DNA of 63,284 bases, the filler included, from Hyphochytrium catenoides (taxonomy: Eukaryota > Protista > Hyphochytriomycota), in assembly GCA_900088475.1 (NCBI GenBank). It is 11 parts of 11 records of this genome, joined end to end, with 100 filler letters (N's around TTAATTAATTAA, not from the genome) between each part and the next. Parts side by side here need not be neighbours in the genome. Positions count along the whole stretch, not along the records: positions 15,124 to 35,911 come from FLMG01004075.1; positions 36,012 to 44,223 come from FLMG01000675.1; 9 more parts are not named here. One strand, given 5' to 3'. The first letter of the stretch is position 1, and each line of letters begins with the position of its first letter. This document shows, one piece after another, positions 23,797-36,725 of the stretch. The position numbers were made by a program, and so were the translations under genes. The notes under the pieces were generated by a model. That model was not told where the DNA came from. It made no database searches and saw nothing but the letters and a program-made list of their open reading frames with translations.

Positions 23797-24911
23797 ATGA
23801 ACGGTACCAAGCTGCCAGTGGACGAAGGCGAGCTTGAGACTTTCTTGCTATCGTTGAATGAAGCAGTGGCCAAGAATGATGGCAAAGTCCCAGAAGAGTT
23901 TACTCTCAAGTTGCACGAATACGCTGAGAAGGTGAGGATGCTATCTCCAGGGTGACTCTCGATTCCTGCATTCCGTGGAGGCTCACGGCGCCACATTGTG
24001 TGTCTCTTGCAAAATTTTTTCTCTTCCTCCCTGTGCAGGTTCGTCCATTTTTGGCTTCCTCAGAATCAAAGTCTCCGGGGAACAAAGAGGCACAGGTTTC
24101 TCCTGGCGGGAGGACGACACTTTCCTCTCCTGGAAGAGGCGTTGGAACAAGGCGCAAAAGTAGCCATCGCTCGCCGGGTCGCGTGAGCCCAGAGAAGCCC
24201 ACACCGCGTCGCCTGTCGCTAAAGCAGGTCATCGACCTTCAAGAACAGAAGGCGATGAAAGACGCGCTGTTAGACAACGCCGAAGAATGGAAAAAAGAAG
24301 TGGAGGCAAGGAAGAAGGCAGAAGAGGAGGAGAAGGAAAGACAGAGAGAGCTGCGACGACAGCGAATGGAGGTGAAAAAGGTGCTGGACAGCGAGGTCAA
24401 AAAGCAGCAGGAATACGAGAAGGAGGAAGCACGGAAGGAGAGAGAGCGGGCAGTCCAACTTAAGAAAGAGGAAGATGAGAGGAAACGACTTGAGAGAAAG
24501 CAGATTCTAGAGGAGAATGCCAGGATTCTGAAAGAGAAGAAGGCTATCCGCGAGCAGCAGAAGAAAGAGGAAATAGCCCGTCAAAAAGAGGAGATTCAAA
24601 AGGCTTTGCAGGAGTCGCAGCAAAAGCTAGAGCAGGAAAGACAAGAAAGGCAGCGAAAGAAAGAAGAGCTGCGCCAGGCGGCAGAGAAGATGAAACAGGA
24701 GAAGAAGCTCCTGGAAGAGGAAGAGAAGAAGAGGAAAGAAGAGGAGCTGGCAAGAAAAGAAGAGGAGCGGCGTCTAGAAGAGGAGTTTCAAAGGCTCCAA
24801 AAGGAAAAGGAGAAAGAGTTTAAGCAGATGAAGGATGTCCTGAAAAATGATGAGTTTGATGCCGGTGTCATAGAGGCCCTGATCAGCGGCGCCACCCGCC
24901 CCGTAACATAG
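23797..24911 (+). CDS. Charged ER/K-rich coiled-coil or single-alpha-helix protein, 2 exons
   Basis: MNGTKLP..HEYAEK|VRPFL via a GT-AG intron, an SP-rich linker, then about 190 aa rich in E/K/R/Q without Pro or Gly. Confidence 0.75.
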
Positions 24912-25091
24912 GCACTTCTTTTTCCTTCTCGCCCTCCCTTCTGCTTCTTTACGTTGAGAGCAGAAGCGCCTTGGTGGGATTGATGATGTGCCGCTTAATC
25001 ATAACTTATAGGCCTTCCCGGGCTCCTTTGTACTCTACCCCTTGTTCGTTGACCATCAATGTCGGTCCATCTGGTCCCATTAGACTCCTGG

Positions 25092-26147
25092 TCACATCTT
25101 TTGATAGAGAAATAAAGTCTGCTTCTTAGTCCACGAGACTCGTCCGTGGAAGCTTTGAAGAAGACGAAACGCAGATGAGAGAGACAGAGACGAAGTATAG
25201 TCAACCACTAGGGCGGCAGGCATCAATTCGTTCTCTAGTTTGTGTCTCACTGCCGTTGCAAGCGCTTCTTCCCAGCAGAGTGAAGCTAGGAGGACAATGC
25301 CCACTTGACCTAGGTCTGCACAAAGCATGTCTTGGAGAAGAAAGCACACATCATCCACTTCTCTCGCTCGCCTTAGGTTTTCCGCCTCTTGTACAAGAAA
25401 GGGTAAAATCTCATAGCCTACGGAGCGTAACCCAAGCCACAACCTTCCATAAAAGACCAGAAGCCCAGACGACGAACCAAATACGCAATAACTACGGTGG
25501 TTCATTTTGCAGTCCGCGACCCAAAGTCGTGCGTCTTGGGAACAAAAGGGAAGGGACCACAGCTCGAAGGAGGTGCTGCCATAAGCGAAGTTGTCCGTCT
25601 TCTCCCCTCTTTTGCGGGCGATAAAGAGCTGATCACGCAGAAGCCGGCAATGGAATTGAGGGCTATTCTCCTTTTGCCGGACAGCCCTGATAAGTGCCTC
25701 AATTACCTCTTTGGCCGTGGAATCTTGATGTACTCCGTACTGGTCCACAGAGCGGGACCACAAAGCTTGGATCTCTTCTACTTTCTGCTTTTCTCGGTCC
25801 TCTGCAGCACTAGATCTAAGAAGATACAAGATGTCAGCCTTCGTGCCTCTCGCTGCAGGACTGGCGGCTAGCCTTCTTGCTGTGACGTGTACGAAAGTCT
25901 GGCAGGCGCGAAAGAGAACTCCAGAATCGGTTGTTACGTTAGGGTCTAACTCAGGTTGACTGCTCAGTATCCCTGTGGCGCTCCCTGCTTGTAAAAGTGT
26001 CCTCTCTTGTGGAGTAAGCATCTGAACTAGAATCTGATCTACACGATGTCGACACTTCTGAATGAGAGTGAGGGCCTTCCTCAGATCCTCTTCAATGTTC
26101 GAGTCGTCAGCCATGGCCATCCGGCCGTTATTGAGCAAGGGCTTCAT
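25092..26147 (-). CDS. Class I SAM-dependent methyltransferase, DOT1-like, intronless
   Basis: FAYGST, VFGSSSGLLVF (motif I-like), SVGYEIL (motif II), FLLQDML, IVLLASLCW and LVVDY follow the DOT1-type Rossmann layout. Confidence 0.7.
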   Translation of the reverse strand: MKPLLNNGRMAMADDSNIEEDLRKALTLIQKCRHRVDQILVQMLTPQERTLLQAGSATGILSSQPELDPNVTTDSGVLFRACQTFVHVTARRLAASPAARGTKADILYLLRSSAAEDREKQKVEEIQALWSRSVDQYGVHQDSTAKEVIEALIRAVRQKENSPQFHCRLLRDQLFIARKRGEKTDNFAYGSTSFELWSLPFCSQDARLWVADCKMNHRSYCVFGSSSGLLVFYGRLWLGLRSVGYEILPFLVQEAENLRRAREVDDVCFLLQDMLCADLGQVGIVLLASLCWEEALATAVRHKLENELMPAALVVDYTSSLSLSSAFRLLQSFHGRVSWTKKQTLFLYQKM

Positions 26148-26353
26148 GATGTGACAGAGACTTCGAAGCTAGAGCCCACCGAATTAGACACAAAGGAGGG
26201 TTTAGGTGAAGATAAGACACTTGAGTACGTGATGAGCTTTATAATACAGGTGGCGTTACCTTCCAGATGGCATCATCGGCGACGGAAAGTGTCTTCTCAG
26301 TGATGTTCTCCTGGCAAACGTTTTCTTCTTCAGCTTCGCCAGATGTCTTGGCG

Positions 26354-26661
26354 CTAGTACTCTGTTCTTCCGCCATTGAAGTCTACCAGGCCGTTTATGC
26401 GTTCCAGTAGTTGTACAAGAGTTGGATCTATAAGCAACCTAGCGTCTAGCTCCGCCTGGTCGTTTGGCTTGAGTACTCTCTCATCGCTATATTGCACGCC
26501 AGTCAAGCACCTCCGCTGCCCGCTGTTGGGCGCTTCTTCAATAACCATTGATTCTCTCCTCTGCCTGGGCTAGCTGCAAGTTGACAACATTTATAACTCA
26601 GTAAAGCTCCTCTCATGCTTTGGCGTTTATTGCTTGCCCTTACTAATTGTACACCGGCCAT
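26354..26661 (-). CDS. Possible small hypothetical protein (about 77 aa), 2 exons
   Basis: MAGVQL|GTAAGG intron|PRQRRESMVIEEAP..RTEY; protein-like composition, but the acceptor choice is ambiguous and I recognise no domain. Confidence 0.3.
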
Positions 26662-27405
26662 AGCGCTCCATCTGCAGCGCTGTAATCTCAGTCCCAGGCT
26701 GCTGGAGCTCAATAAAATGAACACTTTCACGGAAATCTTAGCTATAAAAATCTGCGTCTTCATTTTGAAGATTTGACCTTTCGAAAGCTTTTCGTAACCC
26801 GAAAAGTTTGCGCCTTCTCTGAAGATTTTTGAAGATTTGAGAAATCAGAAATCGACATTGGAAAATGCGAATTAAAGCTGGGCTACCCAGATTTAGTTGT
26901 TTCAAGAAAGACATCAGCCTCTTAGTTACCCATATTTTACGGTGTTCTATGTTTTGGTACGTGGCACTATCCTCTTCCGTGTTTTGAGTAAGATCGGTTG
27001 GAGCGATCATGGCCCACTTGGCTAACTATGTTAGCCTCTCGGTGGCTTCTTTGCTCTTCCATTTTTCTTGCGAGCTCCATCTGCAGTCTCCATAATTCGT
27101 TTCGTTTTAGAACAGAGATCAGAGATTAGAAGAGACTGCCGCCCGCCGCTCAGGACGTCTGAGGCTTTGGATCTTGTGTACGTTGAGCCACCGCGATTTG
27201 ACGGCTTTCTGATTTGTAGGGTTGCAGAGCTTCATTACCTTTACTTAGGCTCTTCCTACGAGCTCTTCCCCGGGCAGTCCTGCGGAACAGGAGTTAAGCT
27301 AGGTTACGGGTCACAGGGTGGAGGGCTCTTCTAAGGCTGCTGAGTCCACTCCTGCTATTGATAGAGTTGACCTGTTTAGTTCTTATACAACTTGGCTGGC
27401 GCAAG

Positions 27406-29713
27406 ATGGTAAGTTGAATCGATAAAGAAGTTAAGCTTAGAGAGAGGGAACTTCTCCATCGGGCTTTTATAAGCTCGAAGTGGCCTCGAGGGATTAGCCT
27501 TTGAGACCTTGATTACGAGCTATCGTAAACCCCTAACACTGGTCATCCTCTCAGTTTGGAGGCTTCTTCGGCGGCTTCAATAACCCCAATGGCTTTCCAG
27601 GTCAAGGAGGCTATGGTTACATGGGACCCCAGCAGTAAGTGTGCTGTTTAGGTCCTAGTAAAGTTACGGGATTCGCGATTTAGAGCCACGTCTGCTCCAC
27701 GTTTGTCTTTACGAGGACGGACCGTCCTACCCGCCTTTCTTTTGTTCTCGGCATGTGAGACAGCATCTAAGATGGACTTAACGCAGGTTTGATGAGCTAT
27801 ATCGTTGCTACCCAGTGTCCTTTCATGAAAAGCACCAGCCGCATATGGAAGAGGGAGATAAAAGTGAGTTTAGCATCTTGAGCTGATCTCTTCTTCTCTC
27901 TACTAGTGAAGGATTGCTTGGAGGACTAAACACATTTCATGACTCTTTGATCTTCTTCCCTTTCTACCGGATAATCTGAACGGGACCCACGATACAGTCC
28001 TGCTGCCAGCCTCCGCATTGGATGCTCTATGTAAGTGACCGTAAACTTTCTCTATCTAGTGCTATGGGTCGCGCCTCGCTGAAGCATTCTTCTTCATCTT
28101 GCTTGTATGAAGCCTTGCATCACTAGACCTTGGTAGACTTAGATGTCCTTTTCTCTAGCTCGACTCCATATTGAGTATCCGATGCTCTTTGAGCTTCAGA
28201 ATGAGGCCACCAATCGCCATACGCACTGCGGAGTGTTAGAGTTTAGCGCCCCAGAAGGCTGCTGTTACCTTCCCTACTGGGTGAGCAGCCAACGCTTTCT
28301 CATTCTTGTACCGCTGATGTTTCATCCAAATGAGAGATTCCGCTGTGCTTGTACCGGAATGGTAGTAGTCAGCCTCGGTGACGCCTTATTCACTCCACAG
28401 ATGATGCAAAACCTCCTGATTACGGAGGGCAGTATTATAAGAATTCGCAACGCTAGTCTTCCTAAGGCGACTTTCGTGAAGTTCAGGCCACAAAGTACAG
28501 AGTTTCTTGACATAAGTAACCCTCGAGCAGTGTAAGTGTGTGCCTTTCTCTATCCGTCCTAAGCGACAACTATTACGGTCATGATCGTCACTCAGAACAT
28601 TTGAAGCTCCATCCCTTGCACTCTGACTTTTATCTGAAGTCTAGAAAATGAGTTTCGCAAGTTTTCTTGCGTGACGGTCGGCGACATGCTCTGTTTTACC
28701 TACAATAACAAGCGGTACCAGATGGAGGTGAGAGAAGTCAAGCCAGGAGATGCCGCCTCTATTATCGAGACAGACTGCGAGGTGGACTTTGAGCCACCTC
28801 CAGGCTACGAGGAGCCTAAGCGAGTACAGAACGTGGAACGACAGGAGAAGAAGGAAGAGAATGGTAAGATCAGAGGAGTGTGTAGGAAGACTCAAAGGGG
28901 AGGAAAGGACAGAAACTCTATAGCCAGACCTATAAAGAAGAAAGGAATGGGGAAGAAGTGCTGATTGGAAGTTCTGATCGCTCGTTATTGAGAACCTCGC
29001 CTCACCACTCTATTGGAACGTCCCTAGGTGGCATAAAGCTAGGCGCTTCTCAGAATAATGGTGCGCCAACGGAGACAGCAGTTGGGGGAGCCACGGCCTC
29101 GGCTTCAACCTCCTCCACCTCTCCAGCAGAGGACGCAAAGACGGCAAGAGAGCTAGCGGCCCTGAGGATAGCACGCATGAAGAGAATGGAGGCATTCGGT
29201 GGGACAGGACATACCCTTTCTGGCACTGCGGCCGCAGCTTCATCCTCCTCCTCTTCTCCCTCCCCCTGGGCTGCTAAGGTAAGTCCTCAGTCATTCATGA
29301 TTGTCATTCATTTATAGAACTCTTTCTGGAACGTTTCCTCTAGTTGCGTGAGCTGCTAATAGTCCTCTCCGTGTTTCCCATATCGCGCTGAGATGGCTAT
29401 CAAGGCCTTTTTTTCCGCCGCTTATCCGTCTAACGCTAATCGTTTTGCTCGTTTGCATGGCATTCTTTCGGATTAATTCAAGCCATCTGGTCCTGGGAGC
29501 GCAGCATCTAACCGGTTGCTACCAAGCGCACCGAAACCCCTGACTTCTACACTTACTCGTCCTCTTTCATCTACTATCTCTCGGCCCTCTACAGCGGCTT
29601 CTTCGGCTACAGCGGCTTCTTCGGCGCCAAGTGCTGCTGGAGCATCAGACCCTCAAGAAGAAAGTAAACAGTCATTCTCGGCCTTTAGTGGACAGGGAAG
29701 GCGTCTTAGGTAG
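27406..29713 (+). CDS. UFD1: Ubiquitin fusion degradation protein 1 (Cdc48/p97 cofactor), about 9 exons
   Basis: [13 protein letters not shown]|[60 protein letters not shown], and SHP-box-like FGGTGHTL and FSGQGRRL. The first coding exon is only ATG. Confidence 0.96.
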
Positions 29714-30068
29714 GAAAATGGTGAGCGGACACGAGCACCAGCGCCTCCTTAGGAGTCGTCGATATAGGCTTTGTAAGAAAGAAGTTGTAGGTGAACCGGT
29801 GAGGTGAAGGCGGCCGCGAGAAGGCACTCTACAATTTCGCCGTCTAATTGTACAGAAACAAGTAAACTTTGCCCAAGGCTAATTTTGATCATTGGCGCAC
29901 ATCGGCCGACAGAGCGGCCCCAGGCACGAGTGAGATAACAGATGGCTTTCTTGATCCAATGCTCCCATTCCCCTCTACCACTTCGTCAAGGATACAGGTC
30001 AGAGCCAATTCTTGCCTTCCGGTCACCGTTCAACGAGCAGAGCACATGCAAGTCCTTTGTTATCTTTT

Positions 30069-33000
30069 TTATATAGCAATCGCGGGCTGCCTCATATAAG
30101 GCAGGAGGTTCTCTCCAAATAGATCTTCTAACTCTGCTAATGAGGGTCGATGGCCACCCTCAGCGGCTCCGTCAATGGCGGCAGCGGCGCCTGACTGACC
30201 CTGAATGTACCGACCGACGCACCTCTGCCATGGTAGAGAAAAAGAGGCGAGAAAACAAGGAAAAAAGAGAGAAAGAGGGGTGAAGAAGGAGACCCGATTA
30301 GCTCTTGGCAGGTTGATGGATAGCTGTGAGAGAGATGGGAGCTTCCGCGTGACGTCGTAGAAAAGGAAGCACCAGTGAGACAGGAGCGTCCGAGAGACCA
30401 AAGAGTAGTCCAGCAGGAGACAAGGGGTCAATGCAAAGAGAAAAGTAGTAGCTAGGCTCGAAGAGAAGAAGTTAGAGTCAGTGTAAGAAAAGAGGGACAG
30501 AGTGCGAAAGTACGATACATTCTCTCCGCCTTACCACTAGCAACCCGAAGCAGTGCTGTGCTTCACTCCTCTGAACCGGAGAGGAGAGAGGAGAGCTCAT
30601 CACCTGCTCGAGCGCCTTGCAGTACACCCTTAACTGGGGAAAGAGAAGCAGCTCCATAGATAGAGGACCCAAAGATGCGATCCCTACGGCAAGCCATCAA
30701 TTCAGTCCGCAGAGTCAAACAAAGACGACTAGATGGGGACACAAGCGTACTGAGATTGGCTGGAGCGGTAAGGAGCTGAGTTCAGAAGAGACAGCCAGGA
30801 CATAAACAAAAGTATGACAAGTCGCTGAGAGCATGTTTGTGGACAAGGTTACCTGTGATGGCGCCATAATGCGTAGTGAGAGGCTTCTTGGGATCCGAGA
30901 GAGCTTCGTGCAATGTCTTTGATATCCGGGGCTGTAAGTTTGAATAGGCGCTGCCAAACCTGGCCAGGCAGAAGACAGGTAAACGGAAAGAAGTCTCCTT
31001 ATCAGACAGAGAAAGACGGATAGTCGATTGATGAGAAAGACACAGGCTAAAGAAGACGGGCGAGGTCAGAAGGAAGACCTTTGACAGATAAACGCGATAA
31101 CGCCTGCCACGTAGTCTCGAAGGGCCCAGTGGTTTTCCGTGGGGTTCTCACAAAGCCGTCGTCCCACCAAGCACGTCATTAGTGGGGGTAGCAGCTGATG
31201 GAGCTGGCGGAAAGAGGCAAGCATGTAAACTTAGCTTTGTATGTTGACTGAACCCAAACAAAGCTAAAAAGACTGAACAGAGGAAAATGCATGCTCTCCT
31301 GGAAATAGAGTTAAGGGCGAAGACTAGATGACCAAGAGGCTCTAACAAGCAAAGGCTTTAGCCTGAGACGACTTACGTAGAGCTCCACCTGGAGATGCGG
31401 GTTCTCTAACAGACAGCGCACCGTCCGCACAAGAGACAGCAACGTCGGTAATGAACGAAGATTCTGTGTCACCTGCAGGCAACAAGCAAGCCAAAGCGAC
31501 GTGTAAGTGGCACACCATGGAAGCCGCACCGTGAGCCATGGCCTCCCAAGTCTTTCCTTTCTATAAAGCAGAAGGAGAATGTAGGCTCACAACGCTAGAG
31601 GACTTAAATGAATGACGGTGAGGAGACAAGCAATGCCAGCAGCTTTCCAACCTTATCAGCGATAAACTTTGAGAGATAAGGCAGGAGTTGCTGCAGCCCA
31701 GGGTCCTGTCTAAGGCTTTCATAGGCAGCGCGCTGTAACTTTCCATCCTCTGCCAGAATGGCGCCAGTTACTTTCTCGAAGTAGATCTGTAGCTCCTGAG
31801 AGAGAACGTGTTTCACGAGTGGCTTCACAAGGGAGTTGGCGGGCGTTGATGATGGAAGAGAGCACTTGTTCGGGTTGATAAGCTCTGTGCACGAGACACA
31901 AAGAGGAACGAGGACAGAGCGTTATGTCTCTGACTTTAGCCGCATGATGAGCATGATGAGAGGGAGAGAGAGAAAGAAGGAGCGTCCAGGAGAGGGAGAT
32001 GCATAGAGAGATGAGACAGCTGCACTGGAGAGTGATCTACTCAATCTCGAGGGCCCAAAGAGGGCAGCGAGGTTACTTTTGAGTAGATCTTCAGGCCAGA
32101 CGCCGCAGAAGCTAACAGGCGACAAAAAGAGAAGGGTAACTCGGGGTAACGCGCGGACTTGATGGCCATGTGGTCGGATAGAAAAGAGGAAAGAAGGGAA
32201 GAGAGAGCGAGAAGGAGAGAGCGAGAGGGAAACAGAGAGAGAGCATTAGGACAAGGACTGGAGTGGTTACGGTTTTCCACCTGGCGTCTCATTCTCAGGT
32301 ATGCAAGGCTGGATGCCCTCCACTGCTAGCCAGTGCAAGCCATAAGTAGGTGCTAAGGGGCACTTGGGAATGGAGGATGACATGAGCTCGCTCAGCTCCA
32401 ACTCCTTGTCTTCCAGGAAGAAAAGCTCCGGATGTGCTTCAGACCTGACAAACTTGAGGTTCTCTCCGCTTCCAAACCCATAGAGACACTGTAGAAAGCC
32501 ATGAGAGAGAGAGAGAGAGAAATAAGATAGAGAGAGAGGAGAAACATTAGCCACACAATAGATCGAAAGCGACCTTTCCAGAGGAGGCCCACCCACAGAG
32601 ACAAATGTATTCATAAAGGAGAGGTAGTTACAGCGTAAGAAGAAGAGATATAGAGAAGCGATGGTCAAGCTGGACAGTATAAAACACTGATCAGGCAGCT
32701 TGAACAACGAGAGAAGAGACATAGAGAGAGAGCTTTTCATTAACTCTCTCGCCCTTTCTCCATTCCCCAGGGCTCTCTCTAGTGATGTCTCTTTGTGACA
32801 GTATTGAAGATATCAGTGAAACAAGAAAACAACTAGACAGAAGATGTAGAAAGAAGAGCTCTTCTTTCTCTCTCTCTCCCTCTCTGTCTCTCTTCTATGT
32901 GGTGTCTCTGGCCCTTTTGCCGTCCCAGGCGCTAGGTCATTTCCATGTCTTTAAGGTCTCCCTATTTTATTACCTCTTGGTTCCTAGCTCGAAGCGCATC

Positions 33001-33186
33001 ATTGATATCTTGTGAGGTCAGCACTGTCCGCTTTGCATGGCTCTTGAACTTGGACGCTTCCTGGATCAGTTGGCGCAATCTGAACTCTACTTCAGGCGCC
33101 AAAGCCGCACAGACTTCATCTGATAGCTTTTCAATACCGAGAGTCTGGCCGACGATGCGTATAGCGTCGTCCCTTATAACACTCAT
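30069..33186 (-). CDS. TAF6: TFIID/SAGA subunit TAF6, about 8 exons
   Basis: H4-like fold VEFRLRQLIQEASKFKSHAKRTVLTSQDINDAL; HWLAVEGIQPCIPEN; KHVLSQELQIYF; DPGLQQLLPY; HWALRD; THYGAI. Confidence 0.95.
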
Positions 33187-33897
33187 AGTGCTTTAAATTC
33201 TCATCACACAGAACTTCCTTGAGAAATAAACGGGATAAACGTTCAGGTCGCCTTCTAGGCTAGAGTAAAGGACAGCCCTGAACGGCAGACTAAGCAGGTA
33301 CTGTTGGTCTCAGTAAACGGCGACGACTCCCCCTGGACGCAGTAGCGTGCATAGCAGCAGACGAAGAGTTCCTTGCTCGTATTGGACCTGTGAACGTGTA
33401 TCTTTCCTCCCAGACAAGCGCTAATCGATCAGCTTTGTCACGGCGCTTGCGACCCGCCAAAGCTCACAATAACGGTCTTCAAAGCTTCATCAGCCGGAGC
33501 TCTTCTACGAGCTTCAGATCTTCATTCAGACAATCACAAAGCTTGCGCGGCATCCACTCCTGGGGGACACTCACACATCCCAGGCCACCTTCTGGACTAA
33601 ATATACGCTTTGAGAGTAGAATAGTCGATTCGGGAACTGCGATATTACGATTTAGGGTCACAGACAAAGAAGAGGGCAATGCTAAGAGACAAAGACCAAG
33701 ATCTCGCTCGATAGGCCCGAGACAGAGTACTCTCTAGGTACAGTTTCAATGCAAGGCGATAGAGTATGACTGTTATGAGATCGGGTATGGGCAAGACAGA
33801 GTGTCCAGGAGGAAGACAGAGGATAATGAATGGAACACAGAAGATAGAAAAAGGAAATTTCTTCTCCTTGATCCTTTGAGGCACGTCTACAAGCGAA

Positions 33898-33932
<35 letters not shown>

Positions 33933-33961
33933 NNNNNNNNNNNNNNNNNNNNNNNNNNNNN

Positions 33962-34009
<48 letters not shown>

Positions 34010-34216
34010 AAGGCACGAGGCAACAGGGAAAGAGATATTGATCTACAATGACTGCGAGGGAAGCACAAGAGAGGGAGAGAAAAGCCATAGCGAGAGATGG
34101 CACGAGACAGGACTGTACAGACAAGAAAAAAGAGAGAAAAAGGGAGAGAGAGAAGAGAGAGAGGAACGACGAAGGTGAAAGCATAACAAAGTCAATTTTT
34201 TCTTTCTCCGCCTCTT

Positions 34217-34266
<50 letters not shown>

Positions 34267-34308
34267 GTCCCTCTGTCCCCTTCTTCTTCTCTCTGACTCG
34301 TATCTCAC

Positions 34309-34747
34309 CTGTGACTGTATCAACAAACTCATCTGCGAGACAGAGGAGCATTTCCTCGACATCCGGATGGAGAATATAGTTCGGGTCAATCTCTCTCACC
34401 ATCTCTTGAAGCTTCTTCGACGCAGACAAACTCCAGCTGTTTCCTGCAGGGGAGCCAGCACCAGTCGTGGCGGCAGATGCAGACGCAGAGACAGAGACCG
34501 AGGCCGCGTTTTTCGCATTATTTCCCCGATTTGTGGTTGAGGCGGCGGAATTTCGCGCCTTTGTGACTGCAGACGAATTGGAGCTTGATTTCTGCGCCTT
34601 TTTGCTGCTCGTGGTCTTGGTCTGAGCAGCAGAAGTCTTGGGCTTGTTACTGGATTTGGATGCCGGCGGAGTGGCCGTGGAAGGCATGGGAGAGGCTGAC
34701 GGCGGAGGCGGCGTAGCGCCTGGGCCTTTGCTCGGCGTTGAGCTCAT
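34309..34747 (-). CDS. TAF12: TFIID/SAGA subunit TAF12, first coding exon only
   Basis: Low-complexity N-terminus, then KKLQEMVREIDPNYILHPDVEEMLLCLADEFVDTVT and a GTGAGA donor. Later exons are not visible and may lie in the N gap at 33933-33961. Confidence 0.85.
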
Positions 34748-35878
34748 GATAATGAGAGAAACACTGCAGAGACTCAACTGTTGAGCTCTTCGCTCTCTTT
34801 CTTCTTCACCTGCCAGGCATGACTCTCTTAACCAAGGCTCTTAATCGTTGTGAAAGACAGCAGCAAAGAGCGCAGAGCGAGGAAAAAGAGGGAGCAGAGA
34901 GATTATTGAGAAAGACTGAGAAGAAAGAGAGGGAGAAGGAAGATTTTGGGCTGAGGAAGTGAAGATGCACGGTGAGGCGGATGAATCTGCAAAAGGTATT
35001 ATTCGAAGACTCATCATTGCGTTTTCTTGAGGGGCAGCGGGAGAGAAAGAGAGAAAGAGCGAGAGAGAGAAAGTGAGAGAGAGAAGAGAGAGAGGAAGAC
35101 ATAGACAGAAAGAGAGGCCGAGATAAGAAGAGAGAGAGCGGGGAGAGAGAAAAGGGAGAGAGAGAGAGAACCAGAGAGAGAGAGAGAGGGTGAGAGAGCG
35201 AGTGTAAGAGAGTTGAGTGAGAGAGAGAGAGAGATGAGAGTGAGAGTTGTGTGTGAGAGAGAGAGAGAGTTTTTGTGAGAGGTAGAGTGTGAGAGAGAGA
35301 GAGTCGGTATGACCGAGCGAGAGACAGAGAGAGAGGAAAGAGAGACAAGAGCGAAAGCACGACCGACGAGAAAGAGTGCGATAATAACAGGAGCCAAGAA
35401 GAGTCAAAGATCTCCCAGGCGCCGAGACAGAGTAAGGTTAGAGACGGGGAAGAGGAAGAAGAGAGAGGGCACTGAATTTCCAAGTAGATCGTGGTCGTGG
35501 CCATTGTATTCTGGATAACAATACTTTCATTAGGTATACCAACGCAACATTCACCACAGGAAGTAGATAATATATAAATATTTCAAACGACATTGCTGTC
35601 ATAATACCCAAAGATGGATCCTTTCTTTCATGTAAATAGGTTTCGTTCAATGTTTCCTTGAGCGGAGGTTCAGATAAGCCTCTCCTATCTCTGCACGTGA
35701 TGCGCAAGAGTAAGGATCAAGTTCCAGACAGAGCCCGCAGTCATACAAAAATTGGGGGCTAATGGCTCAAGAAGGACACACACAGAGTAAGATTGAGATA
35801 CAAGGTCATCAAGACAGAACAGCACATTGAGCGAGAGAACGCACGATGGTGGCTGACTTGTACAGCCCGCGGGAGAGT

Positions 35879-35911
<33 letters not shown>

Positions 35912-36533
35912 NNNNNNNNNNNNNNNNNNNNNNNNNNNNNNNNNNNNNNNNNNNNTTAATTAATTAANNNNNNNNNNNNNNNNNNNNNNNNNNNNNNNNN
36001 NNNNNNNNNNNGGCGAACTATCAAACGCTTCGATGACGGTCATAAGCGGACCTCCATTCAGGCGCAGGCGCAACCTTTCAGTACTTCTTAGCCCCAATTC
36101 TGCTCCTGACGTCTCCTCCGTAGAGACGGCTGTCTCCGGGGGCACTGCAGGCAACAGCAGCAGCGTGCCGCCACGCCATTCTACGCTTCATCATCTCAAT
36201 GCATCTCCTGCTAACTCTATCATGCCTGCATGGCTACATCGTCTGCCTGTTCTAAATAGTTTGCCTGGCAAAAACGTATCTACTGCTTGCGACTAACCAT
36301 CTAAACTTTCATAGAATTCACCGCCTAGAGCGAGTCATAAGACGTACTGTTGAAACCAGCAATGTCAGAAGGCGACGAGCAAGCCAATAGTCTTACTTTG
36401 TAGATAACTCTTTCCTCTCACAGACCTGACTAAAGTCTCTAACAGCGAAAGATGGACTGCGTCTCCCTAATGGCAGTCAAGATGATAGCTCTAGCAAGCA
36501 AGAGCGCGAATCCTAAAGCGAGGCGATGCGGTT

Positions 36534-36725
36534 GCAGCAGCAGCACCAGCACCAGCAGCAGCACCAGCAGCAGCAGCGGAAGCAGCACCAGCACCAGCAG
36601 CAGCACCAGCAGCAGCACCAGCAGCAGCACCAGCAGCAGCACCAGCAGCCGCCAGCAGCAGCACCAGCAGCAGCACCAGCAGCAGCACCAGCAGCACCAA
36701 CGCCAGCAGCACCAGCAGCAGCAGC
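36534..36725 (+). repeat. CAG/CAC compound trinucleotide repeat (CAGCAGCACCAG units)
   Basis: About 190 bp tandem array, open in all frames (poly-S/T, Q/H, A/P). Confidence 0.9.

Noticed and set aside
31823-31830. A further TGTGAAG acceptor in TAF6
   Set aside because: An upstream CAG acceptor joins in the correct phase (ENETP|ELINPNK), so AAG is not needed.
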